In this document: piece after piece, positions 43,735-53,556 of the stretch
How the letters are laid out: every line of letters begins with the position of its first letter
Numbering within the stretch: the stretch's first letter is position 1
Source: Porphyridium purpureum
Taxonomy: Eukaryota
Assembly (NCBI GenBank): GCA_008690995.1
Contig: VRMN01000002.1
Coordinates: 2,108,001-2,172,000 of the forward strand
DNA length: 64,000 bases
Direction of reading: 5' to 3'
Position numbers and translations under genes: made by a program
The notes under the pieces: generated by a model
Told to the model about the DNA's origin: nothing
Seen by the model: the letters and a program-made list of their open reading frames with translations, nothing else
Databases searched by the model: none

Positions 43735-44850
43735 TTACCTGCTTGCTTGCCGCCGGCTTTTACCCAGGCGCTTCGGTTTCCCGCCCGATCCTTTACTCCA
43801 ACTCTTCTTGCCCACCGCACCCGCCAGTCTCCTGTCTTGACCGCGCTCGCCGCGAAATCCATCGTCCTTTTCGTTGAAGCTCTTCGCGTCGTTGCGCTTT
43901 GCGCCGCGTTTCGGACCCCCGTATCCATGCTTGGCGTCACGCGCCGCTCGACTCATTTTCCCCCCCGTCGGTGACGCTTTACCGCCTCGAGCCTTCTTGT
44001 CGGTCTTTGCGTGCCCCGCTGCGGCATGATGCACCTTGAACTTGCTGGCATCAATTTCCTCAACATCGAGCAGATCGGTCGGAAAGTCGTCTTCAATGTC
44101 ACTTTCTCCGTGGCCCTCGCCATGCTCGTCGTCGACATCGTCGACATCAAACCCACGCTTCTTCAGCAGCGCCTTCTTGGCCCGCTCCTTGCTGACTTGC
44201 TCCACCTGTTTGATCATCTTGTTCGCTGCCTCGCGCTTCATTTGCTCCTTCTCGCGCTGCTGGCCACGAGCCGTCTTGCCGCGCGCAGCCTCTCGGTCCT
44301 TGCGCCTCTTCTGCGCGTCCGAAATTTGTTGTTGTTCTCTGAGCAGCTCCTCCCTGACTTTCGACATATGCACGTCCGACTTGATCATTTCGGCAAAGTA
44401 GTCGGCCGGTCGCCGCGCGTGCTGCGGCAACCGACCAAGCGCGCGCTCTGCGGCCTCACGCGCCACCTGCACAAAGGCTGCTTCTCGCTTCAAGTCATCA
44501 TTCAACAAGGCCTCCCACTGGACCTCGTCTGCGGCAGTGTCATCGGCATCCTCTCCGGCAGCGTGCGCGTCGCCAAGCGTCACAGTATCGTGCGTCGCAT
44601 GTGCCATGACCATGGCCTCGTCCCACGGCCAGTCGCGCTCAAACCGGGTCAGCTCGTTGAGTTTCAGGCGCATCTGCTCGCGCTCATTAATCGCAGCCAC
44701 GACGACCCCGCCATCTGCGCGGCCCTGCTGCGCCGCGATTTTCTTCCGCAGCGCATCTAGCGCCACGACTTGGACCTCCTCGTCGCCGACGTCGTCAGCC
44801 AGCGCGGAGCGCTGCCTATCACTGCCTGCCTCACTGTCGCTCTCCGCCAT
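43735..44850 (-). CDS. EBP2: rRNA-processing protein EBP2
   Basis: NDDLKREAAF, RPADYFAEMIKSDVHMSKVR, RDAKHGYGGPKRGAKRND and KRLGKSRR. Confidence 0.93.
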   Translation of the reverse strand: MAESDSEAGSDRQRSALADDVGDEEVQVVALDALRKKIAAQQGRADGGVVVAAINEREQMRLKLNELTRFERDWPWDEAMVMAHATHDTVTLGDAHAAGEDADDTAADEVQWEALLNDDLKREAAFVQVAREAAERALGRLPQHARRPADYFAEMIKSDVHMSKVREELLREQQQISDAQKRRKDREAARGKTARGQQREKEQMKREAANKMIKQVEQVSKERAKKALLKKRGFDVDDVDDEHGEGHGESDIEDDFPTDLLDVEEIDASKFKVHHAAAGHAKTDKKARGGKASPTGGKMSRAARDAKHGYGGPKRGAKRNDAKSFNEKDDGFRGERGQDRRLAGAVGKKSWSKGSGGKPKRLGKSRRQASR

Positions 44851-45238
44851 GTCGCCAACTGCAGACACAACCTTCACGCACAAACATTAACGCGCGCACA
44901 GCCGCACCCCGCCTTGCCGCACTCGCGCCCGTCATCCACACACGCACGCACGTCGTCTGCTCTGCTGCTTCCGTCCTTGTCCTGCACACGCCGGTGCACA
45001 CCACTCCGACGAACAAACCCGGCACGCGTCCAATAATTAACTATAATTAAAAGGTGAAACAGAACATTAAAAATCATTTTTATATTAAAACGGACTGTTT
45101 TAACAGACGCGATCCACGAGCGAAACTGTACCTGTTGCTGTACTCCAGTTCGGGCTTGCGTTGGTCTTGTGGCGGCAGTTGCGGAAGCTGGTGGGGAGTA
45201 GGACGTGGTGGCGTTGTTGTGGGTCTCTGTGCAGCGCA

Positions 45239-46600
45239 ATGGATGGTCGGAAGCGGCCGCATTCCGCGGATGGAAGCGCGTCTCAGTCGATGTCCGAGGC
45301 TGGCGCGGCGGCCGGAGCGCCCGGAGCCGGCCACGCCGTGGGGATGCCGCCGCAACAACCACCGGTAAACCCGGCAAAGCGGCCGCGCATTGTTGATGTG
45401 CCCTGCCAGCTGCGCACGACGCAGGAGCTGCCGGTGCCACCAATGGATCCGGTCCTGCTGCTGTGGGCCGCCGATCGGAGCGAGATGCTGCGCCCGGCGC
45501 GATGCACGCCCATCGACCGGAAAGCGGCGCGCACCATTATCCCTGACGACTTGCTCGGCACAGGCTGGATCACGCTTGGTGACGCCGTCTTTCTCAACGG
45601 ATTCACGGAACCGGCAAATCTCACTGCGCAGCAAAGACGCTTGCTCGAGAAGGCAGAGGATGAGCTCGGCCTGAGTGGCGCAAAGAAGCGCGTCAAGCGC
45701 GAATCCTGGATGCGAAAGGTCGACTATGATGAGTTTGAGGACCTCCCACAGAGAAGAGCCCCAGGCGACCTTGCGGAAAAACTTAGGAAGGAGGCCTCTT
45801 CATTGAGCGGAGCCGTGCTCACCAAGCTGAAGCCGCTGTCAAAGACAGCCACCAAGCCACCGGGCCCAATGCTGCCAACTAAGAGACTGGATGAACTGTC
45901 GCAAGCCGAGTATATCAAACGTGTTGAAAGCACGTTCGCCAAGAAGAACGCAGCCGCACATCGGTTTGCACAGGAGCAAAAACGTCGCGGCCTGACGGTG
46001 GTCAGCGAGGTGGACGTGCTCCCCAGTATTTACGCCTGGCCTCGCAACTATGTGCATATGCATTTTGAAAAGAACCCTGTTGCGGATCTTGCGCAGACCG
46101 TTTCGCCCGAAATCTTCAAGCACATCGTCACACTAGGCCGCACCATGGCCACGCAGACAAGGACGCAGGAGCAAGTAATGCAGTACTTCACGCCTGATGT
46201 CGAGCTGGACGAGCAGACCGCGGAGGAAGTTGCGTCGCTGCGAACGACTGAGGGCATGCTGCGCTACAAGCATCTGCGCGACTTTTCCATTTTTATACGT
46301 AAGCGAAATGAGGACCTCACGCTCATGCAGGACTATATCATCGAGGCAGAGCTCGGGGAGGAGCCGAAAGCCGGCACGAAGGGCGTCGCTCCCATGGTGG
46401 GCGTAGCGACATATTTACAGGTGAGCGCGCGGATGAAGCTGCGCAAAGTGGCAGTTGACCCGTCGGAAGTCAGGCCGCTCATCTCGGTGCAGCAGGTGAA
46501 GAAAAGTGAGCTTGAGCTACGGGAGGACCGCCAACGCAGCCTCGAGCTTGTGGGCGAGAACCAAATGCTCCAGGATGCTCGGGAGTTGGAGGAAGATTGA
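45239..46600 (+). CDS. PAF1: RNA polymerase II-associated factor Paf1 (divergent)
   Basis: CQLRTTQELPVPPMDP, ESWMRKVDY, YIKRVESTF and VDVLPSIYAW...HFEKNP align in order with Paf1 blocks. Confidence 0.72.
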   Translation: MDGRKRPHSADGSASQSMSEAGAAAGAPGAGHAVGMPPQQPPVNPAKRPRIVDVPCQLRTTQELPVPPMDPVLLLWAADRSEMLRPARCTPIDRKAARTIIPDDLLGTGWITLGDAVFLNGFTEPANLTAQQRRLLEKAEDELGLSGAKKRVKRESWMRKVDYDEFEDLPQRRAPGDLAEKLRKEASSLSGAVLTKLKPLSKTATKPPGPMLPTKRLDELSQAEYIKRVESTFAKKNAAAHRFAQEQKRRGLTVVSEVDVLPSIYAWPRNYVHMHFEKNPVADLAQTVSPEIFKHIVTLGRTMATQTRTQEQVMQYFTPDVELDEQTAEEVASLRTTEGMLRYKHLRDFSIFIRKRNEDLTLMQDYIIEAELGEEPKAGTKGVAPMVGVATYLQVSARMKLRKVAVDPSEVRPLISVQQVKKSELELREDRQRSLELVGENQMLQDARELEED

Positions 46601-46749
46601 GCCACGACTCGCAGCGAGCGCTTTGGTCTGCGTGTGTAACTTTGACTCGTTGTGAACCACGTGACCGCGCTTCGCGAAGAATAAACGAATCAAGTCGTGG
46701 ATCGACGCTCAACACCTGTCTTGTACGGTTGCATAATACGTTCCTGCGT

Positions 46750-47124
46750 TTACTTCTTCTTACCCGCGTTCCTCGCCTTGATTTCTTTGAGCGCGGCGTC
46801 TCTCGCGGCCTTTCTTACCTCTGGCTTCTGTGAGCGCTTGGCCTTGATCTGCTCCAACGAGGCGCCCTCGATGGGCTTCGGGGCGGTGGCCTTGCGCGCG
46901 CGGACGCGCTTCTTCGAGTTATCCTCTGTGACGCCCTTCTTATGCAGGCGGCGATACAGCACCGTCCAGTTAAGGTTCGCGGCCTTCCTTCGCATGAGGA
47001 ACGACGCGCGGGACTTGGCGTTCAAAAAGATGTGCGTCTTGCCATCGACCCGAATCAGGCGCGAGCCATGGCCCGGGTAGATGCGGTAGCCGCTAAACTG
47101 GCACAGCTCGGTCTTTACCACCAT
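46750..47124 (-). CDS. RPL24: 60S ribosomal protein L24 (eL24)
   Basis: KTELCQFSGYRIYPGHG...WTVLYRRLHKKG...IEGASLEQIKAKRSQKPEVR. Confidence 0.97.
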   Translation of the reverse strand: MVVKTELCQFSGYRIYPGHGSRLIRVDGKTHIFLNAKSRASFLMRRKAANLNWTVLYRRLHKKGVTEDNSKKRVRARKATAPKPIEGASLEQIKAKRSQKPEVRKAARDAALKEIKARNAGKKK

Positions 47125-47626
47125 GGTGCGCGCGTCTTTCCTTCCTCAATCGAGTGCCTCGCTTCCGACTCCCTTCTGTCCGTCGTTTCCACGCTTCGGT
47201 CTCAGTCTCTCTCACCACTCTAGCTCTACCAAACCCTTCAAGTCTTACGAGTTGTGCACACAATGTCATAGTAAAACGCTGTGTTTCTCGTAGAACTTTG
47301 TGGTTTCATCGGCGATGGCCGTGTACGGCGCAACCACGCGCCACTCGCGGTACAGTGTGTCGGGGCTATCAGGCACAGAAACACACACGGGTTAGAATAA
47401 GGGTCGAGCATTGGAGAGAACCCTCAATCTAACCGCGGCATCATCGGTTCGCGCGGTATCGCTCGCGTTTCTCCCTGAAAATGGGTTTTTTAATACTCCG
47501 CATCATTAATTAATGATGAGCGTGGACGCGGCACTTGCGCTGCGCCGTTTCGTGCGTGAGGGAGGCGGGAGGCGGGACGCGCTGAATGCGGGCGCTGCGG
47601 GTCCGGCAGGCGGCGTGTAAAAGGTT

Positions 47627-49528
47627 CTAGCCAAGTTGAGGGTCCAATGGCCTTCCGTAATCGTCGCCGCCTTCGTCGCCGGCAATGTCGCCGTCCAGCA
47701 CCAGCAGCTCATCCGAGGAAAACACCTGGCCCACAATGCTCCTGCGGATCAGCATCAGCGTGCCAATCACGGTCGGGAAAAAGATGCTGGTGGCTGGGAT
47801 GACCTTGAGCACGAACAGCAGCGCAAGGCACGCAGTCTGAATGAGTGTGTAGAGGAAGACTGTGAGCGGCTTCACCTTGCGCATGGGAGAGTCGCTCGGG
47901 TAAAGCTTCGGGTCAACAAACATGAGACGAATGCGCTGGAAAAACTGGTTACCCGTCATCATGTTGCGCCCCAGGTAGAGAAACAGTCCCGAGATGACTG
48001 CAATAGGGATCTTGCGCAACAGTGGAAGAAACATCAGTGACGCCGCAATCAATCCATGCACCGCAGCGCCAGACACGCGCGACTCAACAACACTGGTCAC
48101 GACCTCCTTGTAGCTGTCATCGGCGTCCGACGACTCACCGTCCTTGTCCGAGTCCACAGCGGCGCTGCCCTCGCGCCCGTAGTTGGCAATAGAGCGCACG
48201 TGGTTCAAGGACTGTACGGTTGCCGCGCACATCCAGGGCAACCCAAACAATGAGCTCACCAAGGTGCATATGGCAAGCATTAGCAAGTCCAAGTGATACC
48301 CAACGCCCTTCTTCAGCTTATGTGCCGGCTGGTTGACCACACGCACCGAGATGTTTTGGTCGAGGTAGAATAAACACGTGAGTAGAAGCGCCGGCACAAA
48401 CGCGATGAGGCGCACATGCATCGGCACGGCGAAGATGGGCACAAGCAGCTTGCGTCCATTGGCCAATGCAAACTTGGCCGGAACTTGCAGCGACTCTAGC
48501 TGGATGGACGAAATGCTGGGCAGCTGCGCAAGCGCGGACATGGTTGCAATGGCCGTGATGGGACCAAAGTCCGACAGGAACGTGCGAATTGAGCGGCGCA
48601 GGTAGCGCGAGCGGCGAAACTCTGCGAGCGTGCGGCCAAGGATAAAGGTGCCGAGTGCCAACGTCATGGCCATGAAAGGCTTCGTCTTGTCAATACCGGC
48701 ATTTGCGAAACCGCCTAGCAGCGACCGCGTCGCTTCGTACAGGAAATTGAGCGCAATAAGCGCATTGAATACATCATCTGTAAAGCGCGTGCAGTACCGG
48801 ATCAGGTCCGACACGTTTGCGATGCTAAGAATGAACAGGATGAATGAGGTCCAGATGCCCACCCACGCATACGTGCCGAGGAAATTGACGCCTGCGCGTG
48901 TGCAATATCCATACAGCGCGGTCGTGAAGGCTAGCGTGAGACCCGTGGGCCCAATGATGGTCAGCGGCTGTCCGGAGAAAATGGCATACACGACTCCGTT
49001 AAGACCCGCGGACAGCAGAAACTCGACAACGCCCATGGCGCCATTGGTGAGCACCGACGTGAGTCCCCCGAAAGCCACAACGGGAGCGAGGCACGCAAAG
49101 TACATGAACAGCACTGCTGGAATGGTCTTGGGTACCATGCCATCCTTCCAATCGGACCAGTACCAAGGCAAGCGACGCTTGATATCCCCCCGCAAACCTT
49201 CAGTCCAGCGGCTCGGCTCGAAGCGCGTCTCTCCATTTGGGCCAGACAGTGAGTCGTCAAACGGCAAGCCGGCAGATTGCGCCGACGCAGACGACGCCTG
49301 CATGCGCGTGCACGGCCTGCTTTTGACGCCGGTCGGCACGCGATCACGCCAGCCGGATCGCGCGCTCGCAACACGCTGACGTCCAAACGACAGCGCCACC
49401 GGCGCCGCCCCTGCCTGGATCGGGCGCCGAGGCTGCGCCAGCACAGCCAGGGTCATTTTGCCGGCGAGCGCATTTTGACCTGCGCGCCGCGCAGGCCGCG
49501 CGTCGACAGCCGGGAGCACAAACGCCAT
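47627..49528 (-). CDS. SLC4/BOR family anion (bicarbonate) transporter with plastid transit peptide
   Basis: DIKRRLPWYWSDWKDG, FMYFACLAPVVAFGG, GQPLTIIGPTG, TRFTDDVF, LKKGVGYHLDL and GLPWMCAATVQSLNH. MAFVL transit-like N-terminus. Confidence 0.93.
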   Translation of the reverse strand: MAFVLPAVDARPARRAGQNALAGKMTLAVLAQPRRPIQAGAAPVALSFGRQRVASARSGWRDRVPTGVKSRPCTRMQASSASAQSAGLPFDDSLSGPNGETRFEPSRWTEGLRGDIKRRLPWYWSDWKDGMVPKTIPAVLFMYFACLAPVVAFGGLTSVLTNGAMGVVEFLLSAGLNGVVYAIFSGQPLTIIGPTGLTLAFTTALYGYCTRAGVNFLGTYAWVGIWTSFILFILSIANVSDLIRYCTRFTDDVFNALIALNFLYEATRSLLGGFANAGIDKTKPFMAMTLALGTFILGRTLAEFRRSRYLRRSIRTFLSDFGPITAIATMSALAQLPSISSIQLESLQVPAKFALANGRKLLVPIFAVPMHVRLIAFVPALLLTCLFYLDQNISVRVVNQPAHKLKKGVGYHLDLLMLAICTLVSSLFGLPWMCAATVQSLNHVRSIANYGREGSAAVDSDKDGESSDADDSYKEVVTSVVESRVSGAAVHGLIAASLMFLPLLRKIPIAVISGLFLYLGRNMMTGNQFFQRIRLMFVDPKLYPSDSPMRKVKPLTVFLYTLIQTACLALLFVLKVIPATSIFFPTVIGTLMLIRRSIVGQVFSSDELLVLDGDIAGDEGGDDYGRPLDPQLG

Positions 49529-49739
49529 GTCTCACACTGCGAATTACCGTACGGTCGCAGCAGCCGAGTCAATCGCCGAGCGCGAGATCTTCCAATGGAC
49601 GACGCGATGTGCGGCACAAACCCCCCTCTTGCCAATCTCATCCGCGCGTTGCGTGTGCGCTTGCGCTCGTCTCGCACGTTCCATGCAACCACATTTTACA
49701 GTACGCAGCGCAGCTGTACCCTATCAGAAATGACTCGTT

Positions 49740-50723
49740 TCAGTAGACGCTTTGGCCGCCTGGCGCGACGTCCGGTGAGAGCGCAAGTTGTTGCACAAAG
49801 TCCGTCAGCACATGAACGGGCGAGATGAAGTAGTCCGGTCGGCTGTACCAGTAGTTGACGGCCACGGTCGGCGCGCTGGACGCCACATGCTGCACGGCAT
49901 GGACCCAGTTGCACGGCAGATACAGCATCTCGCCGGCGCGCAGCGTGATGCGCACGGCAGGAGCCTCGGGCGCCAGCACGCGCAGCGCGGCCGCGTCGGT
50001 GATGTCGCTCGTGATCCACGGAATGCGCGGGCTTTCTGGTTCGAAGCACGTGCGCCACTCGCTCGTGGCAGCGTCGTACTCGTACTGCGCCTGTTGCACC
50101 CATTTGCGCTCCAGTAGCGCGAGGTCGGTCGGGGCAAGCAGCGTAAACTGCTTGCTTCCAGAAACCATGAAGTACAGATTTTCGTAATAGTCACGATGCG
50201 CTACCGTCGTGGACGCTTCGTCGCCAATCCACAAATTGACTGCGTCGGCTTCCGCGCCAAAAGCCGCGGGGGCAAAGCGTGGCTCGATCACGTCCGCCAT
50301 CAGCGCTGGCAGTTCAAGTCGCAGTGAATCGTTCTGCTCACTAAGATACGGCACTCCCGCCGAGTAGTCCTTCTCGCAAAGCTGCCGGCAGAATTCCGCA
50401 AACTCCATGACTCGCCGCTCGGGCTTGACAAAGACTCCGTGCTCAACATGGTCACCTAGCCCGGCAGGCGTGTAATTGACGCTGACGCGAGTCGAATCAC
50501 CAACCGCAGACCGCAGCCCCGTCCAGGACGTCCAGTTGGCTCGCGCCGCCCACTCATCCATGCCGTCTTCCAGCACGACCGGCACAGAGCGTGCAACAAA
50601 GTCGCGGAAGAATGAATGCGGATCGAGCCCGATGCAGCTACGCCGCTCGACGGTTTCTGATGACGGCACCCAAAGCTCGCGAGCCTCGGCCGCGAGCGCA
50701 CGCAGCCGCTCGTGCATGGCCAT
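49740..50723 (-). CDS. JMJD7: JmjC-domain hydroxylase JMJD7-like
   Basis: FFRDFVARSVPVV, YLSEQNDSL, ADAVNLWIGD, HRDYYENLY and GEMLYLPCNWVHAV...AVNYWY. Confidence 0.88.
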   Translation of the reverse strand: MAMHERLRALAAEARELWVPSSETVERRSCIGLDPHSFFRDFVARSVPVVLEDGMDEWAARANWTSWTGLRSAVGDSTRVSVNYTPAGLGDHVEHGVFVKPERRVMEFAEFCRQLCEKDYSAGVPYLSEQNDSLRLELPALMADVIEPRFAPAAFGAEADAVNLWIGDEASTTVAHRDYYENLYFMVSGSKQFTLLAPTDLALLERKWVQQAQYEYDAATSEWRTCFEPESPRIPWITSDITDAAALRVLAPEAPAVRITLRAGEMLYLPCNWVHAVQHVASSAPTVAVNYWYSRPDYFISPVHVLTDFVQQLALSPDVAPGGQSVY

Positions 50724-50780
50724 AGCACACTAGACAGCGCTCGTACGCGCACACGCACAAAGCCGAATCTTTGTAGTGAT

Positions 50781-51416
50781 CTAATCGTGCAACCGGTGCA
50801 GCGAGCCGCTGCCTCGCGTGGCAGTTTGGAGCTCGTCCTCAAGAAGTCGAATCTTGCTTTCTTGCAGCGTGAACTGCATCGACACGCCAGTCGTCGAGTA
50901 CTCGGCCTCTTCTTTCTGCTCCGCGTACGCATTCACCAGGTCAAAGACGGTGCCCAGACACTCGAACGGTGCAGAGATGCTGCAGCGTGAGTATTCCACA
51001 ATCTCGACACGGTCGGCCAGCTTGAGGCACTTTTGCGCCACGCCTCCGTAAGCTCGCACCAGACCACCAGCGCCCAATTTGATGCCGCCAAAGTAGCGCA
51101 CCACGAGCACCAGAACTCCGTCCAGCTCGTTGCTTTCAATGGCGCTCAGAATTGGTCGCCCCGCGGTACCTGACGGCTCGCCGTCATCCTCCGCCTTGAC
51201 TTGCAGAGTGGTAGCTGCGGCTGACGCCGAGCCGGCTGCCGTGCGGGCAAACGCTCCACAACGGTATGCGAAGCAGTTGTGAGACGCCGCGGGGTCACGC
51301 AACTCATCCACCAGCTCCAGAGCGTCCTGGCGGCTCCGCACGGGTGCCGCAAACGCGACAAAGCGCGATCGCTTGATGATTTCCTCGTATCGCACCAAGC
51401 GCGAAACGGTATACAT
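50781..51416 (-). CDS. IMPACT/YigZ (UPF0029) family protein
   Basis: IKRSRFVA, ASHNCFAYR, DDGEPSGTAGRPIL and VVRYFGGIKLGAGGLVRAY. ATG 51416 chosen to avoid overlap with ICMT. Confidence 0.9.
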   Translation of the reverse strand: MYTVSRLVRYEEIIKRSRFVAFAAPVRSRQDALELVDELRDPAASHNCFAYRCGAFARTAAGSASAAATTLQVKAEDDGEPSGTAGRPILSAIESNELDGVLVLVVRYFGGIKLGAGGLVRAYGGVAQKCLKLADRVEIVEYSRCSISAPFECLGTVFDLVNAYAEQKEEAEYSTTGVSMQFTLQESKIRLLEDELQTATRGSGSLHRLHD

Positions 51417-51524
51417 CACCTGGGACGGCGTTTGTCGGCCTCGCGGTCGTCGGCTCCGTGCGCGACGTGGTAACACGCAGATTTCCGCACTCGCTGTGAT
51501 CTCGGCGCGCGCAGCGACGCAAGC

Positions 51525-52106
51525 ATGGGAACGATCGTGTGGGAGCTGTGCGTGTGGCTGGTCGTGGTGGTGTACTACCATGTAGCCGAGGTGGTGATGG
51601 TAATTCTGTACAATAAGAGCGAGCTGAGTTGGTCGTCGACTCTTATCACTCTGCCTTACCTGTTGGCGCTAGGCATTGGCTTCGTCGAGTTTGGACTCGA
51701 GTGGTGGTGGCTGCACGAGTGGAAGCGATGGCTCAGCATGCCGTGCCTGCTTGTGGGCACGTGCGTGACGCTCGGCGCAGACACATTCCGCAAGTTCGCG
51801 ATGGCGCATGCGCGAGTGTCTTTCACCCACCGCATCAAAGAGGAGAGGCGTCCAGAGCACGTGCTCGTCACAGATGGCCCGTACGCGTGGTGCCGTCATC
51901 CAGCTTACTTGGGCTGGTTCTGGTGGAGCATGGGCACGCAGATCATGCTCGCCAATCCCGTTTGTTGCCTGCTATTTGCCGTACTCGCGTGGCGCTTCTT
52001 CAAGATACGCATTCCGTACGAAGAATACTACCTTGAGCAGATGTTCGGCGAGGCATATGCCATCTACAAGCTCAAAACGCCGACCCGTATTCCATTTATC
52101 AAATGA
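51525..52106 (+). CDS. ICMT: Isoprenylcysteine carboxyl methyltransferase (STE14)
   Basis: SFTHRI, HVLVTDGPYAWCRHPAYLGWFWWSMGTQIMLANP, RIPYEEYYL and TPTRIPFIK. Confidence 0.95.
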   Translation: MGTIVWELCVWLVVVVYYHVAEVVMVILYNKSELSWSSTLITLPYLLALGIGFVEFGLEWWWLHEWKRWLSMPCLLVGTCVTLGADTFRKFAMAHARVSFTHRIKEERRPEHVLVTDGPYAWCRHPAYLGWFWWSMGTQIMLANPVCCLLFAVLAWRFFKIRIPYEEYYLEQMFGEAYAIYKLKTPTRIPFIK

Positions 52107-52190
52107 CGTTTTTCTTTTCCGAGTATGTGCATGCCAAATGATCCTACGAAAGATGGAAACCGAACAACGGTATTGGTTGCGAAACAGTCA

Positions 52191-53342
52191 TCAGTGCTCG
52201 ATGCCTAGCTTTCCAGGCGTTAAAGTCACCCTTCTTGCTTTGGAATGGGCACCAACTCGCTGCCTCTTTTGAGCCCAAAGCTCATCAACATTCAATTTGA
52301 TTCCCTGCAAGTATGGTAGCTGTAGCATCTGGTCCTGTCGTGTAGATCCAGCTTGGGCAGCATCGGGCGACCCACGCTTGCTTGGCGTCATTGGAACATA
52401 TGGCTTTAAAGGAACATTCTTCTCCACGACCGCCGTCGCAGCAGCAAAATGGTCGTGATCACCAGCGAGATAGACTGGTTCGTTGGTGCCAGACTCGTCA
52501 CAGTTGTTCGGCGACAAGTCGGCTGCCACGCCACAGCTTTTCAATTGTACATGGCTTTTGCCTTCCACGCTCGGCTTGGTCCTGGGTTTGCGAAGAATGG
52601 ACACCGGCTGCTTGGGTATCCGCTGAGCCTTTGAGATGGATGTTCTGAGTGATTTGTCCGGCCTGGGCAAACGAGACCCAGTCGTTTGCTCTGTGTTCTC
52701 CAAACTTTCACGTGGTGTCCGAGGCACACTGCTTTTTCCGCGCGTCCTCGGCGGACTTCTAAACGGTACACGCTGCAACGTGACGAGTTCGGACGGGACA
52801 TCGATTGCTGCACGGAAAGGCGTCATAGGCTGTTCACGTCTATTCTGAATCTGTGTCTGATCCGAGCTGCCTGACAAACGTACCGGGGATGTGAATGCAG
52901 GCGGCGGCGACGCAAGCACCCCTGCTCGTTCCTTTCCTTGTTCGAATGAACCGGCGTCAACATTCCTATCTACGCTACTAAAGGCCGCGCTTTGGTATCC
53001 ACGGGCTCGAGCCACCGACATGGTGTCCAAACGGCTCCAGCGCGGAGCCTGCTGGAGCTCCGTGATCGCTTGATCTGCCGGCGCACCTGCGGATACCTGC
53101 GCATCACGAGCGGCATGCGTTTGCTGGCTCTGACGTCGCGCGGGCGAGCTCAACACACCCTTCTCATCCGCATACCCCACAGCATACAGAACCAGCACAA
53201 TGAGCACACCCAGCGCCGCCATCGATGCCAGCACGGCCGCCAGCGCCGTCGCCGTCGCCGGCAGCGCGTGCGTGGCCAACATCGCCTGCCCAACCACGCC
53301 ACACACGTGCCGCCAGCTGCGACCCGCTCGCAAGCTAGCCAT
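52191..53342 (-). CDS. Hypothetical single-pass membrane protein with disordered S/T-P-rich tail
   Basis: 383-aa ATG-initiated ORF filling the gap between genes. Hydrophobic ALAAVLASMAALGVLIVLVLYAVGY. Confidence 0.6.
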   Translation of the reverse strand: MASLRAGRSWRHVCGVVGQAMLATHALPATATALAAVLASMAALGVLIVLVLYAVGYADEKGVLSSPARRQSQQTHAARDAQVSAGAPADQAITELQQAPRWSRLDTMSVARARGYQSAAFSSVDRNVDAGSFEQGKERAGVLASPPPAFTSPVRLSGSSDQTQIQNRREQPMTPFRAAIDVPSELVTLQRVPFRSPPRTRGKSSVPRTPRESLENTEQTTGSRLPRPDKSLRTSISKAQRIPKQPVSILRKPRTKPSVEGKSHVQLKSCGVAADLSPNNCDESGTNEPVYLAGDHDHFAAATAVVEKNVPLKPYVPMTPSKRGSPDAAQAGSTRQDQMLQLPYLQGIKLNVDELWAQKRQRVGAHSKARRVTLTPGKLGIEH

Positions 53343-53556
53343 CCAAGCCGCGGCAATTTCTGAACCAATTTCTATATTTTCTCTATCAAAACTCCGTAGT
53401 TTAATATGATGTAGGAATTTTGTCTTTTATTTTTTTCTTTCGCATGTCGCCACGCGGCAAGGCTGGCGATGAAGAAGAGCGGGCGAAAGCAAGGGAAGGC
53501 GACCGGAAGGGAAGCAGGGAGGTGTGAGAGGCGTGCAGGCAGAGGACGGGGGAGCG

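Noticed and set aside
51416..51581. Head-to-head coding overlap of IMPACT and ICMT
   Set aside because: The overlap depends on an upstream ATG. Conserved IMPACT sequence begins at ATG 51416, leaving a 108-bp gap.
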